Assembly: GCF_006345805.1 (NCBI RefSeq)
Contig: NC_043005.1
Span: forward strand, 104,594,001-104,658,000
DNA length: 64,000 nucleotides
From: Octopus sinensis
Lineage: Eukaryota
Direction: 5' to 3'
Made by a program: the position numbers and the translations under genes. Position 1 is the first letter of the stretch. Every line of letters begins with the position of its first letter. The notes under the pieces were generated by a model that saw only the letters and a program-made list of their open reading frames with translations, searched no databases and was not told the DNA's origin. Positions 27,752-41,953 of this stretch are shown one piece after another.

Positions 27752-28299
27752 CTTTAAATATTAGTTTTTAAACCTAATTAGCACACACAGACTCACACAC
27801 AGACACACACGCAGACAGGTCTACTAACACATGTATGCAATTATAATTATATATATAAACACATACACCTACATACTCATGTGTGTGTATCTTTGTGCGT
27901 GTGTGTACGAGTGTGTATGCTTAGATGTATGAATGTATGTATGTTGGAGGGTAGGTAGATAGGTAGGTGTATGGGTGAGTATGTGTACTGGCAAAGGTCT
28001 TATATTTCAAAATACTGGAAACATTCGTACAATATATTATTTTAAGTTTCTGAGTTCAGGTTCCATCGCAAGTGTCATTTTCATTAATTTTCCTCTTTAC
28101 ACGCACACCACACACACACACACACATCGAATTCACTCACAGACAGAAAGTCAGAAACAAGATCGTTCGCATGAACATTAATGCTGTAGGAAAATGATGA
28201 ACATGCGGAATCCTGGAAATACGTATATGTTTATGTATCTATCATTGATAAGCACACTCGCTCGAATATGAAAGGAGGTCAGAGACATGTTAGCATAAT

Positions 28300-28662
28300 C
28301 ATACGTACATACAATACATACATACAATACATACATTACATACATACAATACATACATACATGCGATACATACATATATACATACATACAAACACACATG
28401 CATACATACATACATGCAATACATACATATATACATACATACAAACACACATGCATACATGCATACATACAAACATACATACATACATACATACATACAC
28501 ACATACATACATACATACATACAACATGTTTAGATATGCAACTCTATGCATGTGAATGCATACATAAATTATACATACATGCATACACATACATACATAC
28601 ATACATACATGCATACATACACACATACATGCATACATACAATACGTACATACATACATATC

Positions 28663-28693
<31 letters not shown>

Positions 28694-28745
28694 CATGCAT
28701 ACATACATAATACATACATACATACATGCATGCATACATACAAAA
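28300..28745. repeat. Degenerate (CATA)n array
   Basis: Directly visible. Confidence 0.9.
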
Positions 28746-30532
28746 ATGCACTCATGTTGATGTCGATATTCCAATGAAGGAGCCTTGGATCTAGGTTAGA
28801 AACTGGTTCTTTCTTTATTGGCAAGAAATATTGAAATAAACTGAATAATGACATACATACATACACACACATACATATACGTACATATATGTATGTATGT
28901 GTGTCTACATATATATCTGTACTCACTCAAATCCATTCACACATATATATATATATGCACGCACACACACATTCATACACACAGAAGTATACACACACTG
29001 TGAAATGCACACAAGCACGAATTAATAGGCAAAATTCCAATGTATACGCATACAAAAGACGTTCTACAAACTTACGTATGTATGTATATGCGCGCGCGCT
29101 GTATGTGCGTGTGTACATGCGTGCGTATGTGTACTCTAGAGTACATTATATAATAGGCGCTCGTCACGATCATATGAGCTTTCACAAATCTCCCTTAATT
29201 ACATTCATCGTATAATGATATAACAGTTTATTACAATCAACCTTCAGTAAATTTATTTGATATAAATAAGTTTTACTGAATCCCAACATCTGCCCCAATT
29301 TTAATTATCAAGTTTTTCTAGTGCAACACCTGGTATTTTCAGAGAATTTACGTTATAAAGCGACAGGATAATTAAATAGATTTTAATGTTGGTTTTGCTT
29401 TATATATGTTGATCTTAATATAAATTATATTTATCTTAGTTAATTTCTCTCCCCACTTGCACAGCGCCGAGTAAGCGGACTAATTGATAAATACTTTTTC
29501 ATTTCAACATCAAAGTAAAAAAAATTATATGTATGTATACATATATATATGTATATATATACACGCTCACACGCACATACACATATGTGCGTGTGTGTAT
29601 ACAGTAAATAAACTAATTCAACAACCTTTGCTTTTACTCGAATATCAGAATTATTTTATAACATTTATCTATATTTTGTTGAGGGGTGGATTTAAAGAAA
29701 CAAAATGATTCTGGACGAAATGCCTTGTATTACTTAAGTTCTGAGTTCAAATCCTTACCTGGGTAGATAGAATAATTGCAATGTGAAACTAGAATCGATT
29801 CCATAAATGATATTTCTTACTTGAAAATCGCAGATTTCTTCTGCTTAAATAACTATGTAGCTGCAGAACCATGGACGCACATATGCAAACACACACCTAT
29901 TTACCTATTCTGTTTCGCTCTTTGGGCTGCAGTCATGCTAGGGTACCTTCACGTGTAGTCTAGGCGTACAAAACCCCAGAAGTTATTCTGAGTCGCTTAT
30001 TTATTCTTTCGAGCTCTTTTGCTGAACCCTTGTATTGCATGCACATAAAGAAACCAAGTGATTTGTGTGTGTATGTGTGCGCAAAACAAATGCAAAGGTA
30101 CACATAATACGCGCGTGTATATATACATTTATATATAACATGTTGCACACACTTTCTGCCTATCAAATTCAATAAGAAGATATTTTGTCGGCATGGGTTC
30201 GACTTGCACAACGTGACACGCGGAAGAAAAGAGCTCCAAACCACGTGATTGCAAAGCAAAATTCTTAACACACACACACATACACACATGTATATACATA
30301 CACACATACGTTCACGATCCAATGCTAGTAAGAGATCTAACGTAGGGATGGCTCCGAGTGTGCCATTAGCATAAAAGAACACAAATGGATTTAAGGTTAG
30401 CTACAGTTCTTCGAGCAGTATTTTATATTGATGAAATAATTCTGTTACAATGATTACATCATGAATATATATGTATGTATTTTTGTATGTACGTACGTAC
30501 ATAAATTCCATAGCCAATTAATTAAATTAGAG

Positions 30533-30719
30533 AAATTAAATTAAATTGATTTAAAATTTCCATACTGAAACTGGTTAATTGGATATTTCATCAGGGGAGA
30601 ACTTTCCAGAACGGAGTTTCATTCTAACGTGTTGGTCGACTCTTGACAGACCGAGATGTGTGCGTTTCGGCAATGTATACATAACAAAAAAAAACGTTAT
30701 TAGCACACACTCACCCCCA

Positions 30720-30772
<53 letters not shown>

Positions 30773-30850
30773 AAAGCAAAATTCTCCCCTGATGATATAC
30801 CCAATTAGCCAGTTTCAATATGAAAATTTTAATTTAATTTAATTTAATTT
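30533..30850. mobile_element. Element with ~70-bp imperfect inverted arms (MITE-like or inverted PLE ends) enclosing (CA)n
   Basis: 30533-30605 versus 30778-30850 (catactgaaactggttaattggatatttcatcaggggagaa / ttctcccctgatgatatacccaattagccagtttcaatatg). Confidence 0.7.
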
Positions 30851-31118
30851 GATTTGTCACATTGAATTAACTAGTTATGGAAACGGCTGTAGGAATAATA
30901 ATTTCATATTATATTGATCAGAATATCTTTGAATAAACTGATGTCTGTATGTCAATTTCTCCATTTTCTTATTTTTCTCATTCATAAATAATCTAAATAC
31001 CCATATCCATCAATGCAAAACTAACGTATTTAGTTTTTCACAGGTAAAAACCGGAGAACTAAGACGCAAACATACCTTAAAAGATTTTAAGTCCTTGGCA
31101 TAATTATATATATATATA

Positions 31119-31303
31119 GTCAATCCAAACATGAACAAGCAAAAAAAAACAACAACGCGAGGACGTGGAATAAGTGCAGTGTTATTGGACGCTCAGGAAA
31201 GGAAAGAAAAGAAAGAGGATTTCACGTTTCGAACGGAGCTCTTCGTCAGAAATATAGAAAATATCCAAAGAAGGGAAGACGGGGAAAGAAAATACACATG
31301 CGG

Positions 31304-31305
<2 letters not shown>
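31119..31305 (-). mobile_element. PLE-like terminal-repeat fragment, family P1
   Basis: Colinear with 1382-1588. (TA)n on both sides. Confidence 0.75.
31219..31253 (-). ncRNA. Minimal hammerhead motif with canonical CUGACGA/GAAA core but G at the cleavage position
   Basis: ATTT CTGACGA A GAGC tcc GTTC GAA ACGT G AAAT. Confidence 0.7.
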
Positions 31306-31359
<54 letters not shown>

Positions 31360-31426
31360 TCGGGGTGAGTACTTGATAATTGTAAGCACCTGTATATACC
31401 GTTTGGTGGTGTAGGTGGAGGAGTAA

Positions 31427-31659
31427 ATTGATCAAAATAAAAACATGATGCCAAGGATTCAGCGGTACATATGTTTCGGGCCTTTATTAGACAGATTTAT
31501 AACAATGCATAATGTATGTCTGTGGCCTTCTTCAGCCGCGTTGTGCGCGGCTGAAGAAGGCCACAGACATACATTATGCATTGTTATAAATCTGTCTAAT
31601 AAAGGCCCGAAACATATGTACCGCTGAATCCTTGGCATCATGTTTTTATTTTGATCAAT
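31427..31659. repeat. Perfect fold-back palindrome: 114-bp arms, 5-nt loop (ttgtg)
   Basis: 31427-31540 is the exact reverse complement of 31546-31659. Ends at (TA)n. Confidence 0.95.
31547..31624 (+). ncRNA. Type-I hammerhead ribozyme candidate (mirror copy on the minus strand at 31462-31539)
   Basis: GCGG CTGAAGA A GGCC..41 nt..GGCC C GAA ACATATGT A CCGC. GUA triplet, predicted cleavage after 31620. Confidence 0.75.
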
Positions 31660-32819
31660 ATATATATATATATATATATCCAGGCACAAGCCTATCCATA
31701 ACCCTCCTTTTTTTTGTGTGTATCGAGCCATGTGGGTGATAAAAATGTGATTATACCATTTAGTGTATTTAATCATGTATTTCCATATTTTTAATCTCCC
31801 GAAGTCAACTTTTGTTTCTTTCAAACCAGTAAAATAAATACCAGTAATATTGATGGGTCAATTGGATAAACTAAACTCATAAGTCCTATAAAGTGGACAG
31901 ATGGAAAATAATGTTTATTGTGACATATTTTTGATACATTATGTACGAAACATCGCATTGCTTCACTCAACAATGTGAATATTCTTTCGAAAGTTATGGA
32001 CAGTATATCATTCTCTTTCTATTTCCTTGATATTGATGGTATTGTGACTAAGTGAGATATTTCTTTGACAAATCCAATGAGTGATGTAGAAGAAACTGCA
32101 AGTTGGCACCTAAACACATGCGAGTGTCACGCTAACCCTGCATATTATAAAACCAGAGAGATTGACATCTGTAATATCCGCTCCTGTGATTCTGTCTGAT
32201 TTACATATATAGATGAGTAGTAATACGTACCCATATAGATACAGCATTCCACCAGAAAAGAGAAACCTCAAACGTGTCACGGTGGTTGTTTGGCATAATT
32301 TCACTTCGCTTAAGTCGTAAATAAGCCTCTGAAAGCCGTAAATTTCAGAAAAAAACCCTATGAATTAAGACAACTGTGCCTAGTCAAATAAATAAATAAA
32401 TAAAATAAAAAGTATTTCAAAAATTTGTTGTTCCAAGTGACATTATCAAGTGCAAAATAATCATAATCAAATGAATGGCAATATTTTCGCGAATGCACAG
32501 ATAAGAAATAGGATCTATTTTCTTGAAAAATAGTTTACACTCAGATTAGTAATATGGACAAATGATTTGGTCTCTAATTATATCAATATATTTAATGTCA
32601 GGAAATTTGGTCTACGAAAATAGCACCACCTGGTTACATTTATGTATCCACATATCTTCATATTTATATATACACACACACGCGCGCGCACAGACACGCA
32701 CGCACTGTTCTATTTCTGGTAATTTTATTTTTTATGCAGCGGGAGACTATTAAAGCATTGTTAAGGAATTATTTGTGATAGATAATGATTTGTATGGATG
32801 TGTAAGTAGCTTAGTTTGA

Positions 32820-32861
<42 letters not shown>

Positions 32862-33419
32862 TGTGTGTGTGTGTATGCATATTGGTAATTGGTGTTAAGG
32901 GTGATGCTTCAATAGCATTCGTTAAATATTCTCAACAGGCATTTTCTCAGCCAATCCATAGTGTAGACAATCATGATAGTAGAATGGTAGGAAATGACTG
33001 AAACGTCATCCCAACACAGTTCGGAGATACTGAAGATGGTTCGTTGTTTTATTTTTATTTTTATAGTGTCCTTGGAAATTTTAGCAGTCTGACCAAGAAT
33101 TGCTTAAAATTTGATTTTGGTAATATGTGATAGTTTGCCTGACATATCTGACGATGGCCTAGGCAGATTCCAGAAAAGTACAATTCTTTGTCGTTGTTCT
33201 TATATATATAGAAAAAGCTGCATGCTTATTAGATTTGTCAAATAAGATTGTGCGAGGAAGCAGGAGAGTGTCAAAATTTATAAAAGGATCTCCATCCTCG
33301 AGGTACCATCATACTTGGAGTGAGTTTAGGTCGTAAAATATCCTTCTAGGTACTCGCCCTGCATCATCATTTCTAATCCCACATAGCAAGCGTCAGTCAA
33401 ACTACACCATATCTACCGG

Positions 33420-33665
33420 TTCGTTGAGCAAGACACTTCATTTCACGTTGTTCCAGGCCATTCAGCTGGCAAAAATTATTCGTACCTGTATTTCAAAGGG
33501 CCAACTTTATCACATTCAGTGTCACGCTGAATCGCCCTGAGAATTATGTTAAGGGTACGCCTTTCGGTGGAATGGTCAGCAAGTTGTATGTCAATTTCAT
33601 GAGCAGGTCATTACGTTGATCGGATCAACTGGAACACTCATCATCGTAACAAACGGATTGCCAGT
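33420..33665 (+). mobile_element. SINE family C, headless copy
   Basis: tgagcaagacactt..cacgttg..tgtatttcaaagggccaac matches 37470-37700. Confidence 0.7.
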
Positions 33666-34376
33666 ATACACAGACACACACACACAGACACACACACAGA
33701 CACACACAGAGACACACACACACATACACACACACACACACATACACACACACACACACACGCACACATACATGTGCGGTTGTATGCGGGTGTATTTATA
33801 GATTTTTCTCTCTAAGTGGGTACGGAATTTGAAGTATGAAAAACGCTGAATAAAACTGAAAAATATATTAAAAATACATATTTTCAAACTATATCTAATT
33901 ACCTATTTAGAGCATATTGTTATTTATTGAAAATTTGTGAATCTCTGAGGTAGTTGGTGCAAACAGTATATATTTACAGTTGAATCGTGAGAGGCCAGTA
34001 TGATTTATATTTTTACGGGCCGACAGCTCCTTTTATTTCGGATATGAAAATATCACCTTTGGTATGCCGTATAGGTGTCGACTATACGGTTCGCTGACTT
34101 CATTATAGACCACATGTAGTTATGGAAATAATATATTTCCTTCCTAAATCATAAGCCAACATACTATAAAATGCGTAGGGATCATTAAGGATGTCCACCT
34201 TTGCTAGCTTTTTTTGTAATATTATATTTGGGAGGCGTAAAGTTAGTGAGATTCTCATTTGTTTAACCTGCAATTTGGTTTCGGTTCTAGATTGAAGTCA
34301 TTTCATTTCCCATATTTGAATTACATTTGGAGTAATCTGAACGTCACATCTTCATATTTTCCTCTCCATCACTCCA

Positions 34377-34568
34377 AGGCGGCGAACTGGTGGAATCGTT
34401 AGCACGCCGAGTAAAATACTTAGTGGCATTTCGTCCGTTCTTAGTTCAAGTTCCGCCGCCGTCGATTTTGCCATTCTTCTCTTTCGGAGTCTGTAACATA
34501 TGCACCGGGATCGATGTTATCAACTTACCTCCTCCCCTCCGAAATTTCTGGCCTTGTGCCAAAATTTA
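34377..34568 (+). mobile_element. SINE family A (A1 tail)
   Basis: Head caaggcggcgaactggtggaatcgttagcacg, tail ggccttgtgccaaaattt. Confidence 0.8.
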
Positions 34569-36038
34569 TAGCCCATATTGTTTTCCTCTTTCCCTAAACT
34601 ATAGGGTCGTCGTACGTAGGGAAAATGCATTATACAATAAGGAGCAATTATAATAAGTATGCCACCGACGAACCTAGTATGTATTTCGGTTTCGATAAAC
34701 AGTTGAACATATTTGATTTACAATTGATAAAGTTATTACGAGAAGCATGGAGTTTCACAATCAACTTTATACTAAGAAATCAATATTATAATCTGTGATA
34801 ATGTTAATCCAACTGGTTCCTCCTGTATAACCCTTGCCTGGATTAGATTTTTGTTGAATGTTTTTTTTTTCAGTTTAATTTATTTTATTTCAGGTTTCTT
34901 CAATGCTTCATACCATGTAAATGCATCAGAAGTCTGTACAGAGAAAATGGGACGATTTTGCGGAATGTGACACAGATTATTTAGCACTATAGTACCTAGC
35001 TACCAAGGATTCAAGTGTCATCGAGGTCGACTTTTCTTTTTATCTATTGAGGTCGATAAAATAAGCATTTGGATCGATGTAGTCGACTAAGCCTCTCCCC
35101 TAAAACTGCTGGACTTGTATCAAAATTTGAGACCATTAAGTTCATCACACCATGCCTCAACAATGTAACTGTGTTTCAACTTGACCTGGACCAAACTGTC
35201 TCTTTTAGGGTGATTTTTCAGGTCTGAATTTTTTTTTATAAATAGCATTATCACAGTTATTTTAGACATGCAAATAAATCTGTTTTAGGGTTGCTAGTTA
35301 GAGAATATTGAAGAGGTGGCATTACTTTTGAATTGTTCAAGGGTTTTCCGTTACATATTACAGAATTTTGCAGATCAAAATGTTTAGCATATGTACTGGT
35401 GAACATTATACGGATAACTGATATCGCTGTGTGAAACATCGTTAGCTTATTTTACCTTCTTAATTATTTTGCTATTCACTGGCTTACTGCTAAAATACTT
35501 TAGATATTTAATATGTTCCACTTGAAATGTTTGAGTAAAACTAGGTCAGCTCTGATCGGATGAAGGTATGAGGTTTCCCGAAGAAATATTTTGATGCAAC
35601 CTATATATTCGATTCTCTAAACAATTGTCAATGAGGTAGCCTCTATGTGGTTACTGGACCGGCTAGAAATAAGGGGAAAATCCCATCAAATTACAGTTTG
35701 TCATTTTGAAACAAAAAAAAAAAAAAAAGACAGAAATTTTCGTTTTTCTTGCCGTGTGTGCAGTGATAGTGTTATGACTTTTCAGGACTTCCCAGATTTG
35801 TGAGATTTATACCATTAACATCCCCCACGAACCTTTGTAAGTCACTTTATACAGGAAAAGAATTCCAGAGAGCCGAAGGAAATGGAAGGAAATTGTGGGC
35901 GTAGTGAATAGTTCAGAATTAGAATATTGGACTCAACAAAGGTGACTATTGGAGAAGAGGCGAATGGGCTGGGGGTGAAAATGGAATGAACCCTGCCAGC
36001 TCAAAAGAGCAGATGTCCTTATAATAGCTGTAAAAGAG

Positions 36039-36100
<62 letters not shown>

Positions 36101-36511
36101 GAAAATATGGTTGTAAGTGGGAGATTGAATATATCTGTGAGTGACTTTATGCCAGTCAATCGGATCGCCTTTTCAGGATTATTCATAGACTAGGTTAGAA
36201 AATGCACGAGAAAAGAAATGAAAGAAAGGAAGGTGAGAGATAAATTAAGGTTTGAAACAAAGATATTCACCTGTTTCGAAATGTAGCAAAGTATATTGAT
36301 GCCGCATAAATTATATAAAAAACTGACTGGGATTAATTATAAATTTAAGCAAAGAAATAATAACAATTGTTGAAATAGCACCTCACTCTCAAATTTACTA
36401 TGGCGACAAAAAATGTTTTATTAAAGCAGATATAATGCGTATTTATCTATATAAAACACACACGCTGACGCACACATACATAATCATGTGTGTATGTGTG
36501 TGTATGCATGT

Positions 36512-36559
<48 letters not shown>

Positions 36560-36834
36560 ATTTATGTGTGCGTGTGTGTATATAATAGAAAGAGAAAGAG
36601 GGAGAAAACCCAGCTGTGTTTAAGAAAGCAATAAACTGGAACATGTCTTAAGCCATAGGTAATATATGAAAAGCAAGAAACGGTGTGGATTAAAGTAAAA
36701 TATTTCTAATAGTCACTGAAGACATTGAAAGATTTCTAAAAACGTACACACACAGCATACAGACGTGTGTGTGTTAGCGTGTGTGTGTATTCGTTTTATA
36801 AGTGTGTTTATGTGTGGGATTATGCATGTATATA

Positions 36835-37361
36835 CAGACATCTCAAAAGTAGAAAGGCAACCCTAATTATACCATTTTATCTCTATGGACACTAACTGAT
36901 GATTTAAACGTGTTAATGCTTCTTTTTTATTTCAGATTACAGCTTATAAATTAATTGTAGTTAGGAACCATGCTACGAACACCAGATGCAAAAGAGTTGT
37001 CTGATTTTGTGTGTCAATGCGAGCGTAAGATTACACAAAACCTCGTGATACTTCTTGCCATAGTCAACAGGATGATTGCAAAATTCGCTAGCAAAGAAAA
37101 GCTATCTACAGCTTCCCGCTCAGGTCAGCCTGAAACCTCTTGCAATCGACTGCGGGCTTTCAGGCAGATTGTTGAAGGTAATCCCCGTTGTAAGGCAGCC
37201 GATGTGGCCGAGCAACTCCAGTTGAGTCGGAGGACATCTGTTAAGGTTCTCTGTCAACTGGGTTACTGAAATAATACACTGACAAGTTTGATACATGAAG
37301 CAGACTCCACACAGATAAAAGGATATAATGAGGGTGTCTATTTACTTTTGGAGCGTGTGTG
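36835..37361 (+). mobile_element. Internally deleted Tc1-like element
   Basis: ORF 36970-37269 aligns with the HTH region of the 59006 transposase (NPRCKAADVAEQL..LGY versus NPRCKASDIVEQV..LGY). Degenerate TIRs; the right TIR read inwards contains aaaagtaaatagacaccc. Confidence 0.75.
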
Positions 37362-37387
37362 TAGTTCTCTATGTACAGGCATGGGTG

Positions 37388-37705
37388 AAGGCCCGTGGCT
37401 TAGTGGTTAGGGTATGTGGCCCACGATCGTAAGGTCGTGAGTTCTATTCCTTGTGGCACATTGTGTCTTTGAGCAAGACACTTTACTTCACGTTGCTCCA
37501 GTTCTCTCAGCTGGCAAAAATGAGCAACTTGTATTTCAAAGGGCCAACCTTGTCACCTTTTGTAACATGCTGAATCTACTCGAGAACTACGCGAAGGGCA
37601 CGCGTGTCTGTGGAGTGCTCAGCCACTTGTACGTTAATTTCACAAGCAAGTTATTCCGTTGATCAGCTCAGCTGGAACCCCCGTCGTCGTAACCGACGGA
37701 GTACC
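37388..37705 (+). mobile_element. SINE family C (tRNA head plus CORE-like tgtctttgagcaagacactt)
   Basis: A box tggcttagtggttag, B-box-like gagttctattcc. Confidence 0.8.
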
Positions 37706-38188
37706 GTCTGAGTGCGAGTGTGTGTTGGTGTATAAACTCATACATAGTTTAAATGCTTATAGAAAATGCTATGGTTACGGAAATTTTGATGTATATGTGT
37801 GTATTAGAGAGAAAAGAGGAGGGAGAGAGTGAGTATGTATAGATATCTTATGTTACAGGAGCGAACTGAGACAGAGGATGTTCCACAAGATATAGTGATG
37901 AAGTGATTATCACCTTTTATCCACTTACAAAGATGTTAAGCCGGAACTTAAATCTGGCTTACGTTTATCGTACTTACTAACTGGAAGCAGTAGATATTAT
38001 GGTCTTAGATACTTGTCGGTGAATGTAAGTATGCAGGTGCACGCATAAACATACATACACACACACGTTCACATATGATCAGAGTGATTAGCCTTTAAAT
38101 GATACATAAACCTTTTACATTGTAGTACAAATTTTTTTTATATACTTTTAATACCGACTTTGCTATTTTACCGTAAATATCTTTTGAA

Positions 38189-38241
<53 letters not shown>

Positions 38242-38383
38242 TATGCGTACGATAATTTTGATCTCCAACTTAACGCGGAGTCTGTGTTAGAACAAAATAT
38301 ACTGTTTTTTAGTTTTAGAGGATCTGTCATAAGGAAACGTGGTGAATATAAGCACTTGTAATTATATGGTTGACAGCAGGGTG

Positions 38384-38426
38384 AAATCACGTGATCTGTG
38401 GCCGGCACTGGCCGATCACGTGATTT
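38384..38426. promoter_or_regulatory. Paired TCACGTGA E-boxes
   Basis: aaatcacgtgatc (38384-38396) and gatcacgtgattt (38414-38426), outside recognisable repeats. Confidence 0.35.
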
Positions 38427-38674
38427 AACTATGCTGTGGATTCCTCAGTGGCAGATTTCCAGTAGTGCAATAACAGCCAAATCTCCCCTCATTGATATAT
38501 AGAATCTCCGTGTCTATTCTAGCACTGGTGTTTGAGGCAGCTAATTGGGCTTATCAAGAAATAATTAATTGCGGCAGAAGCAGAATTAATACCAAAAATT
38601 AATCTTAATCTCAGGCTTAACGTGGAGGTTATCTCCATATAAACTTAGAGTTATTAATATTTTATATTAATATT

Positions 38675-38812
38675 CAAATTCCACTGTGGTCGACTTAGCT
38701 TTTCATCCTTTTGTGGTTGATAAAATAAGTACCAGTTGATAACTGGGTGCAATATGATCGATTTACCACCCCCTCCGAAAGTTCTGGCTTTCGTGCCAAA
38801 ATTTGGAATCAA
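38675..38812 (+). mobile_element. SINE family A, headless copy
   Basis: ttcaaattccactgtggtcgac..gtgccaaaatttggaatcaat. Confidence 0.75.
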
Positions 38813-39244
38813 TATATTATATTAATTAATACAAAGTTCCGGCATGCGAACGTGAAATGAACAGAAAAGTTGTGATCTTCATGCTCTTTTCTAGAGTTTT
38901 ACTGAACATTGTATGGTAGAACTGTTCACATACAGCAGGATTCAATATTCTGAATTCATGTAATTTTGTTAAACTGTTTGTTGTATTTGCGATAAGATTT
39001 TCTCCTCTACGTCTCTAAAGCAACTTTTAAAGTAATAAATTTAAGTTCCCCTCTGTAAAGAGTTGATGTGTATATATTTCAAATGTCTTCTCTAATTATT
39101 CGGTGATGTAGTGTGAAACAATCACAGCATTACCGGATAAAATATTTTCTATTCATTTAGATTAGAGATTCATTATTTCCTCTTTCCACTGAGGGTTTAT
39201 TGTTATTAGTTATGTTTTTATAATATTTAATAGATACCCTATTT

Positions 39245-39590
39245 TACAGTATCTTGTTAATATGGTTTTATTATATGTAGTTAATATGTTTTATTATAAC
39301 TAGCTAGTATACAATTCTATTATATCTAGTTAATACAATATTTTATATCAAGTTTAATATAGCGTTTATTGTATCTTTTTAATATAATATTTTATTATAT
39401 CTAGTAAACGGTTTTTTTAAATGTCATGTGGTTAATATATTTTATGACCTCTGGTGAATACATTTTATCATTTCTAGTTAGCATATAGTTATATCATATA
39501 GAGTTTGCATTTTGTTTTATATTTACTTAACCATTTAATATAATGTTTTATTACATCCAGTTAATATATTATTTTATTATATCTAGTTTG
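39245..39590. repeat. Degenerate AT-rich minisatellite
   Basis: Recurring ttttattatatctagttaata-like unit. Confidence 0.6.
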
Positions 39591-41268
39591 TGTAATCGGT
39601 AGCTCTGTTGTGGTCAGCTATATCTAGTAAGACGGCATATTGGCAAAGACGTTAGGATTGCTGAAATGAATGTTTTGTTGTGATTCTCTTCACTCTTAGT
39701 TCAAATCTTGCCAAGTTCATCTTTGCCTTTCTTCTCTTTGGCATCGACAAATGAATTATCAGTCAAATACTAGAATAATATTTTTTTTTCACTTATTTCA
39801 ATGGACTGTGTTGAAGGCTCAAGAAAACAGTATTCATATTGGGGCCTCACTAATTCCTTTCACCGCAAACTAAGGAAGAAGGAATAAATTTTCTTGTTAC
39901 TGAAGCATTTTATCAAGAAATATACAGCGTAGATCAGTCTTGATTTAGTAGGTCTACGATGACAAGGATGGTAGCCAACCAAACTGCTTTCATCAATTCA
40001 CATGTCCAAATCTTAGGAAAAAATAGCTCAATCCATTACTGACTTAAAAAATGAATTAGATAATCCTAAACACTCTGCTATATATAAGGCAAACGAGATG
40101 ATATTTCAGCAAAAGATCTTTGGTCTTAAGACTTGTGGATCAAGGGCTCACTATTCATCAGTAAATTATCCCTGTTTCTACTTTTGTGTCGGAACAAAAA
40201 TAAATTTTTCTGGGAATGAACCTAGTTGAATTGACCTCAGTACGTCACTGATATTACGTTAGAATGACAAAAGGACAAAACTAAACACTGTAGTGTGTCA
40301 TATGAATCTACTGCGTTGTTGTTAAGGAAGAATTCACAACTATAGATCGAAGGTAAAAAATATGTTTAGTAAATATGTCTTGAAAACATTATCATACACT
40401 AAGTGTGCATCATGTCATACACGAAGCGAAGTCATATTTGATCAAATGAATTTATAGATGAAATAAACCAAACCAGCTTCTAAAAACATTCTATTGTATT
40501 ATTACAAAAATGATATAGAATTCTATGAAACAGCTCTTGCGTGGTTAAAATATAAATAAAATTTCAGCTTAATTAGCATTACACACAATCCGTAAAAACA
40601 TTGATTGTATTGAGTAAACACTTGGTATTATATATTTACCAATCTGGAAATTCCTTGAAAGTGACTTCCGTAGATCAGTGAAAACAATTGGATGTAGAAA
40701 ACGGTGTTTAATTTGTATTGATGAATAATTTTATCTATTAGGGAATCAGTGAATGCTCTACATATTGGATTAGCAGCTCTTAAATCATTACAGATCATTG
40801 GATGTTTCTCTAAATGTGGTTAATAACTCTGATATTCTAGGAACTTATCTTCGAGAAACTAACATGCTATTCAAAGCTTGTAATGACTCACATCAATTTA
40901 ACAACGCTAGTTGATCTTGCCTCTTGCGTTAGGTATACTGTTATACTGGTATATATATATATACATATATAGAGTAGATGAAACCATGGCGACTGAAGAA
41001 GGGGTTTTTTCCTTGTGTTATTTGTCCTGTACTCTATTTTTTGTTGTTTAAGAAAAATGTCCAGTTTCTTGGGTTTGTATCTATGTTTTCGTTTCTCATT
41101 GTGTTCGACGTTTTTTTGGTATCCTGTACTCATATATGCATGTATATATACATGTAGAGGTAGGTACGTACATATATGTATATATATATGCATATGTTTT
41201 ATTTATTAATATATATATCTATATATATATATATGTATGTATATATATGCATGTGTATATATACATAT

Positions 41269-41326
<58 letters not shown>

Positions 41327-41754
41327 TATATACATATATGCATGTATGTGTGTATGTATATACAGATGTATACATATAAATGCATGTGTACACCCCCCAC
41401 ACTCACATGAAATGGCTTCGGATTGTTAGAAATGGTCGAGTGTCAGAGTAAATAAATGAAGAAATTCCGTTGAGTATTGTATTTAATTCGATTTAGTTCG
41501 CTAAGTTTTGAGTCCAAGTCTACTTAGAGTGAAGTATACTTTTTGCCCCTTCAAACTGAAATGCTAACTATCTTACATATAGAAAGAACAATTTCGTCAG
41601 CTTTATTTTTCATCCTTTTAAATGTGGGATATAGTATCAGTGAATATTATAAATGCTGATTTCTAGATTGGCAACAGACCATACATTTTGAGTGATTAGA
41701 ACAGTCCATTGTATCAACTCCAGTATTTAACAGTTATTTATTTTATCAAATTTG

Positions 41755-41904
41755 ACTGTGGTAAGTAGCTTGTTTACCAACCACATGGTTCCGGGTTCAG
41801 TCCCACTGCGTGGCACCATGGGCAAATATCTTCTACTATAGCCCGGGCCGACCAAAATCTTGTGAGTGGATTTGGCAAATGGAAACTGAAAGAAGCCCGT
41901 CGTG

Positions 41905-41953
<49 letters not shown>

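Noticed and set aside
33148-33190. CTGACGA..GAAA
   Set aside because: Helix I cannot be formed in register.
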